A stretch of 64,000 bases of DNA from a virus: the IMG/VR virus record IMGVR_UViG_3300037418_004082; one strand, 5' to 3'. This document shows positions 45,199-52,602 of this stretch, piece after piece; within the stretch, counting starts at the first letter, position 1, and every line of letters starts with the position of its first letter. The position numbers were made by a program, and so were the translations under genes. Below the pieces are notes generated by a model that worked only from the letters and a program-made list of their open reading frames with translations, was not told where the DNA came from and did not search any database.

Positions 45199-46440
45199 GT
45201 GGTCCTGTCGGTCATCAACCAGCTCGAACAAACCAGCGGCAACGCGCGCATCGAAGCTTTGCGTGCTGGTGACAGCGAGCTGTTACGCACGATCCTCTTG
45301 TACACGTACAATCCGCGTTGGACGTACGGCATCAAGCAGGTGCCGGAGTGGTCGTGTCACGACGAGCGCTGCGGCCACAACCTGACGATCGAGCAGTGGC
45401 TCCGACTGTTGGACCGCCTGGCCGCCCGGGAGCTTACGGGCCACGCGGCCCAGCAGGCGGTGGCTGCTGCTCTCCACGGGCTGGCGCACGTCGGTGGACC
45501 TCGCCTGGTCGATCTGTGCACGCGGGTGCTGCTGCGCGACCTTCGCGTGGGGCTCAACACCAAGAGCATCAACAAGGTCTTCCCGGACCTCGTGCCCGTC
45601 CACCAGATGATGCTCGCGCAGCCCTACGAGGAGAAGCGCCTGGGCGATGACGAGTTCTTCATCATCGACTGGAAGAACGACGGCTTCCGGTGCGAGGTGA
45701 AGGCCGACGCGCACGACGTCGAGCTGCTCACGCGCAACGGCAACATCATCAAGGGCTTCGACCAGGTGCGCTTCGGCGTGCAGGAGCTGGTCAAGGTCGT
45801 CGGCGGGGACTTGAACCTCGACGGCGAGCTGATGGTGCCGATGTTCGTGGACGAGGACGAGGGCGTGGATCGCGCGGCCGCGATGCCGAACGTGCCCCTC
45901 GTGCTGTTCGACCTCATCAGCACGAACGCGGTGACGGAGATGAACGAGAGCACGCCGCTGCACCGCCGCCTCGCGTTCATGCAGAAGTACGTCAATCTCG
46001 TCGCCAACCCGTTCGTGCACCACTCGCCCGCGTACGTGTCGAACAACCGATCGCACATCGACATCTACTTCCGTCACGTGCTCGACCAGGGCGGCGAGGG
46101 CGTGATGGTCAAGCGGTACGCGTCGCCGTACGTGCGCAAGCGCAGCTACGACTGGATGAAGTACAAGCCCACGAAGGACATCGACCTCGTCATCCACGGC
46201 TGGTTCGAGGGCGAGAAGGGCAAGAAGTTCGAGGGCACGTTGGGCGGCTTCCTCGTGATGCACGGGGACGTCGAGGTGCGCGTGCCACCCGGCAAGGGCA
46301 TCAAGGACAAGAAGCGCCACGAGCTGTGGGAGAAGCGCGAAGCGTGCGTCGGCCAGACGCTGGAGATCCAGTACCTGGAGGAGACGCCCGACGGAAGCTT
46401 GCGCCACCCGCGTTTCGTCCGTCTGCGAGCAAACAAGTAG
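45199..46440 (+). CDS. ATP-dependent DNA ligase
   Basis: Motif I DWKNDGFR, III LDGEL, IIIa LFDL, IV EGVMVK, V WMKYK, VI PRFVRLR. Confidence 0.95.
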   Translation: MVLSVINQLEQTSGNARIEALRAGDSELLRTILLYTYNPRWTYGIKQVPEWSCHDERCGHNLTIEQWLRLLDRLAARELTGHAAQQAVAAALHGLAHVGGPRLVDLCTRVLLRDLRVGLNTKSINKVFPDLVPVHQMMLAQPYEEKRLGDDEFFIIDWKNDGFRCEVKADAHDVELLTRNGNIIKGFDQVRFGVQELVKVVGGDLNLDGELMVPMFVDEDEGVDRAAAMPNVPLVLFDLISTNAVTEMNESTPLHRRLAFMQKYVNLVANPFVHHSPAYVSNNRSHIDIYFRHVLDQGGEGVMVKRYASPYVRKRSYDWMKYKPTKDIDLVIHGWFEGEKGKKFEGTLGGFLVMHGDVEVRVPPGKGIKDKKRHELWEKREACVGQTLEIQYLEETPDGSLRHPRFVRLRANK

Positions 46441-46473
46441 GCGAGCTGATAATCCAACCGGAGGGCTAAGACC

Positions 46474-47307
46474 GTGTTGGATCAACTCAAGGCCGATACC
46501 CAGGCCGTCGTCGCGGGGTTGCGTAACGACCTCAAGACCACGCAGACGCAGCTCGACGAGGTTCGCAAGTTGACGCGCGAGACGCTGGAGCGGATGTACT
46601 TCTACGCCGGCAAGGCGAAGGACGCGGAGGATCGCAACGTCGTCCTGACGGCGCGCATCCGCGAGCTGGAGGACGAGCTGGTCAGGCTGCGCCCCACCGT
46701 GGAGGTGAGCAAGCCCAAGGAGCCCGTCGTCCCCGTGGCAGAGCTGCGCACGCCGCAGACGCTGCCGGTGAAGGTCCTCACGAAGTGCGCCAACTGCCCG
46801 GCGCAGTTCGAGCGCGGCCACGGCTACTGGGGCGCCTTGTGCAACGACTGCCGGGCGACCGTCAAGCCGGCACTGGAGGCCAAGAAGGCGGGAAAAGCGT
46901 CGAGCGACGCGGCACCTGGTGGTGAGAAGCCGGCGCCTAAACCCAAGCAAGCCAAGCCGGCCGACAAGCAGCCACAAGCACCAGCTTACACCAGCACGCG
47001 CGGCCTGGTCAAGTGCGTGAGCTGCTCGAACAACAAGGTGGACTTCGAGAAGGAAGGCCCGCGCTGCCGGGCGTGTCGCGAAGACATGGCTCCGGCCAAC
47101 CCGCTGCCCAAGCGCACCGGCGCGATCGTCGCGGCCTACGCGGACAAGCCGGCCTGCGCGTCCTGCAAACATGCCCAGAAGTGCCCGTACTGCAAGGTTC
47201 CAACGGGCAAGCCGTGCGAACACCTGGAGCTGGGCTTCATCTGCGGCTTGTCGAAGGCGAACGCTTGCGTGCCGACGGTCTTCGGCCACCTGCGCGAGCC
47301 GTCGTAG
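46474..47307 (+). CDS. coiled-coil plus multi-CxxC protein
   Basis: N-terminal heptads and at least six CxxC pairs. Confidence 0.75.
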   Translation: MLDQLKADTQAVVAGLRNDLKTTQTQLDEVRKLTRETLERMYFYAGKAKDAEDRNVVLTARIRELEDELVRLRPTVEVSKPKEPVVPVAELRTPQTLPVKVLTKCANCPAQFERGHGYWGALCNDCRATVKPALEAKKAGKASSDAAPGGEKPAPKPKQAKPADKQPQAPAYTSTRGLVKCVSCSNNKVDFEKEGPRCRACREDMAPANPLPKRTGAIVAAYADKPACASCKHAQKCPYCKVPTGKPCEHLELGFICGLSKANACVPTVFGHLREPS

Positions 47308-47386
47308 TTGGAGCACTTCACGAACCGTAACAGATAATTCAACCAGTCCGTGTGACGTTTCGTGCGCACACGAAAGCGAGGCTGGT

Positions 47387-47524
47387 ATGCCACAACTGAA
47401 CGGCGAACCCGACCGGTTAACGTGGCGCGAGTTCGCGTTGGTGCTCTTGTGTTTGCTCGTGTGCCTGACATCCGAATGCAATCGCGTGCCACCTCCCGTG
47501 TACTATTCGCCCTACGAACGATGA
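47387..47524 (+). CDS. small membrane protein
   Basis: 45 aa with one transmembrane helix, downstream of AGATAATTC. Confidence 0.5.
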   Translation: MPQLNGEPDRLTWREFALVLLCLLVCLTSECNRVPPPVYYSPYER

Positions 47525-47535
47525 AGGAGACGTAA

Positions 47536-48090
47536 ATGAAACGCTGGATGACGTACTTGCTGTTGGCACTGATGGTGCTGCTGTCGTTGACGCCGCTCGC
47601 GCAGTCGAAGACCACGCGTGAGCCCGTGCAGAAATTGATCCACGCCACGATCACGGACGTACACGACGGCGACACCGTCACGGCGCTGGTCGATCCATTG
47701 ACCGTGCTGCACGTACGTTTGTTGGGTATCGACGCACCGGAGCTGAAGCAGGCGCCCTGGGGCGTGAAGTCGCGCGACACCTTGAAGGCCCTCGTGATGG
47801 GCAAGCTCGTGGCGATCATCGTGATGGACGCGGACCACCCGACCGACGTGTACGGCCGCACGCTGGCCTACCTGTGGGTCGGCAGCACCATGGTGCAGGA
47901 GCAGCTCGTGCTCGCGGGCATGGCCCAGACGAAGTTGTACGGCAAGGCGCCCAAGGACTTCCAGCGCCTGGTGGCGGCGGAAGCGATGGCGAAGGCAGCG
48001 CACGCGGGCTTGTGGAGCGACGAGGCGTTCATCGCGCCGTCGGACTGGCGCAAGCAGCACCATGTTGGGAAAGCCGGCGCCGGGAGATAA
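47536..48090 (+). CDS. thermonuclease (SNase-like) with signal peptide
   Basis: DGDT, VRLLGIDAPE, DVYGRTLAY, GLWS. Confidence 0.93.
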   Translation: MKRWMTYLLLALMVLLSLTPLAQSKTTREPVQKLIHATITDVHDGDTVTALVDPLTVLHVRLLGIDAPELKQAPWGVKSRDTLKALVMGKLVAIIVMDADHPTDVYGRTLAYLWVGSTMVQEQLVLAGMAQTKLYGKAPKDFQRLVAAEAMAKAAHAGLWSDEAFIAPSDWRKQHHVGKAGAGR

Positions 48091-48117
48091 TCCAGGTATG
48101 AGCGCTCAACGCGTTTG

Positions 48118-48390
48118 AATAGCCGAAAGGCGCGGGGAGGCGGTAGTGGTGCACCGCCCGTCTTCCTGTCTCTGGGGGCTTGACGCAGAGTGCCGCCGCA
48201 GCGTAGTCTGCACGTAGGTGATGATAGCCGGCCTGCCTGCCGGAGGGAGCCTTGGGTCGTCGGGTCGAAGCGCGCGAGCGTGATGGGACCAACCGCGTGG
48301 GGGACGGCCGCACCTGGCGGGGTCGGTGTCCACGTGAACCGCTGCGAGCGCGAGGCGCGGCTCTTGGGCAAGGCCGAACGTGCTTTTCTC
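48118..48390 (+). ncRNA. unclassified structured RNA
   Basis: Non-coding; hairpins GCC-GAAA-GGC, GGCGGT/ACCGCC, CTCTG/CAGAG, CCGGC/GCCGG; follows AGATAATCC at 48085. Confidence 0.5.
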
Positions 48391-48482
48391 GGCGAAGCAA
48401 GCTGCAGTGCGCCACGCCGGAGGTGGCAGGCTCCCGTTCCAGGAGCCCGGGAAACCCGCAGGTTCGACTCCTGCCTTCGCCA
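48391..48482 (+). ncRNA. tRNA-like RNA A
   Basis: 7-bp acceptor GGCGAAG/CTTCGCC and canonical T-arm GCAGG-TTCGACT-CCTGC; three interior hairpins, no canonical D or anticodon loop. Confidence 0.7.
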
Positions 48483-48518
48483 CTTGACGAACGCGATGGT
48501 CGTCTGCTAAAGTAGCTC

Positions 48519-48590
48519 CGCGCTGTAGAGCAGTGGCAGCTCGCGTGGCTCATAACCACGAGGTCGTCGGTTCAAGTCCGATCAGCGCAA
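48519..48590 (+). tRNA. trnfM: tRNA-fMet(CAT), initiator type
   Basis: Cloverleaf with C1:A72 mismatch, CTCATAA loop, TTCAAGT T-loop; CCA not encoded. Confidence 0.9.
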
Positions 48591-48593
48591 CTT

Positions 48594-48724
48594 GCCGGGC
48601 CGCTTGGCGTGGGTTACCGTTTTGGACAGTGATCCCCACGTCGAACTTTTGTCTGGCAAACCTCTGGGGGTGGGAGTGAATCCGGCTGCTAAAGCGGCCC
48701 CGGGAGTAGCACCCGGTTCCCCCT
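48594..48724 (+). ncRNA. structured spacer RNA
   Basis: GGGCCGCT/AGCGGCCC 8-bp pairing, GTGGG/CCCAC stem, CCGGG-N7-CCCGG T-arm-like hairpin. Confidence 0.45.
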
Positions 48725-48730
48725 TCAACG

Positions 48731-48856
48731 TAAGCACTAGCTACAAGCCGTGTCGCGAGGCACGGACACCGCCCGGGTGACCGGGGTTCACGGTGGGCAG
48801 AGCGACTTGAGGGGCAACCCTCTTGCGGGTTCCCGGTTCGAGCCCGGGGTGCGTAC
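48731..48856 (+). ncRNA. tRNA-like RNA B
   Basis: Acceptor TAAGCAC/GTGCGTA (6 of 7 paired), T-arm CCCGG-TTCGAGC-CCGGG, GAGGG-GCAA-CCCTC at the anticodon position. Confidence 0.6.
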
Positions 48857-48858
48857 AG

Positions 48859-48930
48859 GCTCCTCTAGCTCAACGGTAGAGCGCTCGCCTGATAAGCGGG
48901 AGGCACCAGGGTCAGTACCTGGGTGGAGCA
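48859..48930 (+). tRNA. trnI: tRNA-Ile(GAT) with non-canonical T-loop
   Basis: GCTC/GAGC D-stem, CTCGC-CTGATAA-GCGGG anticodon arm, T-loop GTCAGTA, one U-U in the acceptor stem. Confidence 0.8.
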
Positions 48931-48932
48931 CT

Positions 48933-49036
48933 GCCAAGCCGAACGTACGGACCGCGACCGCAAGGCGTAGGGACGTCGGACGTGACCCGACCCGCAAGGG
49001 CGGGGGTAGGTTAAAGAAGTCCTGCCGGCGGCACCA
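48933..49036 (+). ncRNA. tRNA-like RNA C ending in encoded ACCA
   Basis: GCC(AA)GCCG/CGGCGGC acceptor-like stem plus ACCA; GTAGG/CCTGC T-like arm; two GCAA tetraloop hairpins. Confidence 0.5.
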
Positions 49037-49089
49037 ACTTCGGGTTCCGTAACCATCCTGCACTCACGGCGGATAATCCTCTTAGAGGG

Positions 49090-49452
49090 TTGCCCGCCGT
49101 GAGTGTTTCTGTTACGCCACACGCCATCCAGCGCTACATCGAGCGCGCGTTCAACACGTCGCCCGACGCGGCGGCCAAGTTGATCATGAACTGCGTGCTC
49201 ATGGCCAAGGGCCGCAAGAAGCGTGGCCGGGACATGCTGATCCGGCGCGTGCGCATCCTGGACGGCCGGGGCGTCGAGCACTTCTACCTGAAGTTCGTCA
49301 CGCCCCAGCGCAAGCGCGTGTACCTCGCGGTGGACGCCCGGCTGTCGATCGTCTACACCGTGCTGACGCTGGAGATGTTCAAGGATCTGATCGGATCGCC
49401 CAGGCCGCGCACCGCGAAACGTCGTGACGACGCGGAGTTAAGCGACGATTAA
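49090..49452 (+). CDS. basic protein, DUF4258/RelE-like (candidate RNase)
   Basis: TPHAIQRYIER...YTVLT; same pattern as 6074..6433; preceded by GGATAATCC. Confidence 0.6.
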   Translation: MPAVSVSVTPHAIQRYIERAFNTSPDAAAKLIMNCVLMAKGRKKRGRDMLIRRVRILDGRGVEHFYLKFVTPQRKRVYLAVDARLSIVYTVLTLEMFKDLIGSPRPRTAKRRDDAELSDD

Positions 49453-49484
49453 TATTACGTTACAAGAAAGTTATCCAAAACCCG

Positions 49485-49514
49485 TTGACGGATCGGGAGC
49501 GGTCGCGGTAACGT
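49485..49514 (+). promoter_or_regulatory. sigma70-like promoter
   Basis: TTGACG-N18-TAACGT directly upstream of the structured non-coding block. Confidence 0.55.
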
Positions 49515-50040
49515 ATGAGAGTCCCGGTTGGGACGACGCTCTGCTCCCGGTTGTGTCGGGTGCGCTGCACGGTTTCCTCCTCTGGTGAGCTTGCCGCCTT
49601 CGATGGTAGTAGCTACCCGGCGAAAGGAGCCCAACGTGCGCCCTCCATGACCCCGACGAACGTCGAGTCCACCCTCCCGGAACTCGATCGGTTCTCCGAA
49701 CCCTCCCCTGGGTTCGCGCCGACGGAACGATGCTCTCGGCTCTCCTGCTTCGGCGGGGCCCAGAATCGGGAGCTATCCGCTTCACTCGCCCACGTGTGGT
49801 GCCTGGCAGCAATGCCTACTCCGTGCAAAGCTCGTGACGCGCGAGATGTCGTTCTGGCCCAGGTCCTGGTGTCGCGGCCAGGTTCCGTGCTTCCTCGTGT
49901 TGCAGGCTCGACGGCGATTAAAAGGCTGCTACCTCCGAACGCGGCATCCGGTGCTGCTGGCCCTCGTGGTCCGCGCGCCCACCGCAGGCAATCGCCAACC
50001 GACCCCCGTCGAGCCTCGTGCCCGGCGGGGTGTTTCGTTT
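49515..50040 (+). ncRNA. ~520-nt large structured RNA, unclassified
   Basis: cUUCGg at 49744-49757, GGCA-GCAA-TGCC at 49805-49816, 11-bp long-range helix 49904-49914/50006-50016, plus GGCGATT/AATCGCC. Confidence 0.65.
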
Positions 50041-50091
50041 GTGACGCTTCGTTACAAGTTCGAAATGTGACGGTTCATAAAGCTTGTCTGA

Positions 50092-50100
50092 TGATATACT
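50092..50100 (+). promoter_or_regulatory. extended -10 element
   Basis: TG-A-TATACT upstream of the AAGGAGG RBS of 50122. Confidence 0.5.
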
Positions 50101-50121
50101 CGTCAGAAGGAGGGCCGTCGC

Positions 50122-50385
50122 TTGTCGTTGCTGAACCACCGTCGCTACCACCTGGTCACCACCGTCGAGCAGAACAGCTCCGTGACCAAGAGCGTCCCCG
50201 CCCTGAAGATGGTCGTCAACGGTCCAACGTCCGCGGGCGCCATGCAGGCGTTGCAGGCCAAGCTCTCCAACTTCGCGATGAGCGTGCACGCGGGCGAGCG
50301 TCGCCTCCCCAAGTCCGACGCGCGCCCCGGCTTGGAGTACCTGGCGTTCGACCTGGTGATGGAGCACGATCTCGCGCGTCGCTAG
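50122..50385 (+). CDS. hypothetical protein
   Basis: TTG start after GAAGGAGG; 87 aa. Confidence 0.7.
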   Translation: MSLLNHRRYHLVTTVEQNSSVTKSVPALKMVVNGPTSAGAMQALQAKLSNFAMSVHAGERRLPKSDARPGLEYLAFDLVMEHDLARR

Positions 50386-50418
50386 ATAATTGGATCGTCG
50401 CAACCCTACGCGAGGTCC

Positions 50419-51876
50419 ATGATGCCCCTCCTGCACGATCCCGTCGTCATCTTCGTGAAAGCCGCGAGCGACGACTTGACGGCTACGCTGCTCGCCATCT
50501 CCGAAGCCGGCCTGCAGAAGAGCGCGAGCCAGTCGCCCGACGCCGTCGGCCTGGCCATGTACAAGGTCGCCGCGGAGCACGGCTTCGACCTGGACGACCT
50601 GATCGAGAAGCAGGCGGACTTCGAGCTGGCGAGCCACTGGCTGATGGGCTGCGAGCTGGCGAAGGCGGCCGGGCTGCTCACGCCGGGCCAGGCCCACGCG
50701 TTCGAGATGGAGAAGGCCGCGCTCGTGGAGCAGGCGGCCCGCGCGGGCGGCGCGTTCATGAACGCGGTCAAGGCGGTGGTCAACCCCGTCAAGAGCATCG
50801 CGGGCAAGGTGCGCGCCGGCATGCAGGACTATCAGCTCGCTCGTGCGATCAACAAGAGCGAGGTGAACCCGGCGGCCGTGAAGGCGCCCACGCCCACCGT
50901 GGCGCAGGGCTCGACGTCGCGCGGCCTGTACCAGGACAACACGAACGCGGCCAAGGCGCAGGCCGGGCGCGCGAACGAGAACTACTTCCGTGGTCGCGAG
51001 GCGTCCACGCCGCAGCACTTCAACCAGCTCGCGCACGCGAACGATGCTGCGCGTTCGCACGCGCAGCAGACGGCTGGCATGAACGCCGTCCACGTGCAGA
51101 ACCACGACGCGGCCGCCGCGGGCGTGCCGCACACGATGACCCCCGTGCAAGCGCCGGCCGGTCCGTCGAACATGCCCCACGTGCCGGCCATGGCCCCGCA
51201 CCAGCAGCCCATCGGCACCCAGACGCCCGACGCGTTCAGCCTGGCTCGCGGCCGGGGCACGCTCCTGCGTCACCAGGCGGAAGCCCAGCGCGGGCCTATC
51301 ACGGCCCAGCAGTACGCGCACGCCAACAGCGCGTCGCCGCGCCCGACCCAAGGTCAGGCCGCGATGGCGATGGGTGGGCACGACCAAGCCGTCGCGGACT
51401 TCCACGCGCAGCGCGCCGCCAAGGGCTTCGGCAAGGGCGCCCCGGTGGAGAACGGCACGCCCGCGGGCGGCCCCGGCCACCTGACGCCCGAACAGCAGCA
51501 GGCCGTGCGCCAGCTCCGCATCGAGCAGCAGGGCAAGTACCACCCGCAGCCGCAGCAGGGCCCGGAGCCTGCGCCCGCTCCCGCCCAGCCGCAGCACCAG
51601 GAGATCCCCTTGCTGCAGGGCCACGCGGCCGGCAACGGCGCGCCCACCGGTCCCGCGGATTCCGCGCTGGCGAACGCGCCCGCTCCGACCAACCAGCTCC
51701 ACCAGGACTGGGAGGCCGCCAAGAACTGGATGCGCCAGCCCGTGCACCCGAACGCGGGCGGCATCACCCGCGGCCACGCCGCACTCGCGCTGGGCACCGC
51801 CGGGGCGGGCCTGGGAGCGGGCATTGTCGGCAGCGCCGTGCTGGCCGGCAACCACGCGCACCGGCAGCAAGGTTAG
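50419..51876 (+). CDS. putative virion (internal/ejection) protein, Ala/Gln/Pro-rich with C-terminal Gly-rich hydrophobic helix
   Basis: 485 aa; ends TRGHAALALGTAGAGLGAGIVG. Confidence 0.6.
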   Translation: MMPLLHDPVVIFVKAASDDLTATLLAISEAGLQKSASQSPDAVGLAMYKVAAEHGFDLDDLIEKQADFELASHWLMGCELAKAAGLLTPGQAHAFEMEKAALVEQAARAGGAFMNAVKAVVNPVKSIAGKVRAGMQDYQLARAINKSEVNPAAVKAPTPTVAQGSTSRGLYQDNTNAAKAQAGRANENYFRGREASTPQHFNQLAHANDAARSHAQQTAGMNAVHVQNHDAAAAGVPHTMTPVQAPAGPSNMPHVPAMAPHQQPIGTQTPDAFSLARGRGTLLRHQAEAQRGPITAQQYAHANSASPRPTQGQAAMAMGGHDQAVADFHAQRAAKGFGKGAPVENGTPAGGPGHLTPEQQQAVRQLRIEQQGKYHPQPQQGPEPAPAPAQPQHQEIPLLQGHAAGNGAPTGPADSALANAPAPTNQLHQDWEAAKNWMRQPVHPNAGGITRGHAALALGTAGAGLGAGIVGSAVLAGNHAHRQQG

Positions 51877-51887
51877 AGGAGACGGAC

Positions 51888-52472
51888 ATGCAGCAGAACC
51901 AGGACGTCGCGGAGCAGGTCAAGCAGGCGTTCGCCGCCGACCCGTACTTCCAGAAGATGGAGGTCCTCAAGGCCGCCGGCCAGCTCGCGCCGGAGACCTT
52001 GCACCTGTACGAGCAGGAGAAGGAAGCCGCGTTCGAGGCACTGACCCGCCCGTTCCGCGCGCTTTCGCGGGGCGTCGGGGCCGTTGCCGACTCGCCGATG
52101 AAGGGCCAGATGGGGCTGGGCGAGCGCTTGAGCACCGCGCTCAAGGCGACGCGCCAGAGCATGGGCGTCCTCAAGAAGGAGGACGCCGCGTCGGCCGCCG
52201 CGGCCCAGACCATGAAGCAGACCCGCCAGCAGGCGGTGCTCGACGCGCACGCGAAGCAGGACGGCTCCGGCAGCGCCGCGACGTTCACGCCGCCGTCGAT
52301 GATGGACAAGGCCCGCCACTTCTTCGGCAAGCCGCTCGACGCCAACGACCCCAAGGGCTTCACGCGCGGCCACGCGGCGATGGCGCTGGGTGGTCTCGGC
52401 GCACTGGGCGCGGGCACCGGCGCCGTGGCGCACCACTTGATCGCAGGTGGTCAGCCGTCGCCCGACACGTAA
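51888..52472 (+). CDS. putative virion protein sharing its C-terminus with 50419..51876
   Basis: MQQNQD... after AGAGGAG; ends TRGHAAMALGGLGALGAGTG. Confidence 0.65.
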   Translation: MQQNQDVAEQVKQAFAADPYFQKMEVLKAAGQLAPETLHLYEQEKEAAFEALTRPFRALSRGVGAVADSPMKGQMGLGERLSTALKATRQSMGVLKKEDAASAAAAQTMKQTRQQAVLDAHAKQDGSGSAATFTPPSMMDKARHFFGKPLDANDPKGFTRGHAAMALGGLGALGAGTGAVAHHLIAGGQPSPDT

Positions 52473-52491
52473 AAGCCAAGCAAGCTAACGC

Positions 52492-52527
52492 AGTCCTACG
52501 TCAACCTTGACGTAGGACTTTTTGTTT
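52492..52527 (+). terminator. intrinsic terminator
   Basis: 13-bp perfect inverted repeat AGTCCTACGTCAA/TTGACGTAGGACT followed by TTTTGTTT. Confidence 0.85.
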
Positions 52528-52549
52528 GGGCGCGTTCCTGCACGTCTGT

Positions 52550-52558
52550 TGATAATTC
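52550..52558 (+). promoter_or_regulatory. putative phage late-promoter motif TGATAATTC
   Basis: Identical 9-mer at 54131, 56201 and 61447, each 25-45 nt before a gene start. Confidence 0.65.
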
Positions 52559-52602
52559 CTCCAGCCATCTGATCGACCCCACACGTGTAATGGAGGTTCC
52601 GC

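Noticed and set aside
48443-48465. Group II intron domain V (GAGC...GAAA...GGTTC)
   Set aside because: Too short, no domain VI or reverse transcriptase, and better explained as part of tRNA-like RNA A.
48666-48724. tRNA-Pyl-like amber suppressor or TAG recoding
   Set aside because: The stem around TG-CTA-AA has mismatches and a better 6-bp TAAA hairpin competes. Many genes end in TAG with tight coupling to the next gene.
48100-50040. RNase P RNA or canonical tmRNA
   Set aside because: No GAGGAAAGUCC/P4 signature, and no Ala-type G3.U70 acceptor or GGGGC-type 5' end was found. A diverged form cannot be excluded without Infernal.
49515-51887. 985-aa ORF 49515..52472 as a single gene
   Set aside because: Only the last 194 codons (ATG 51888, own RBS) look coding; the rest overlaps the structured RNA and real genes in other frames.
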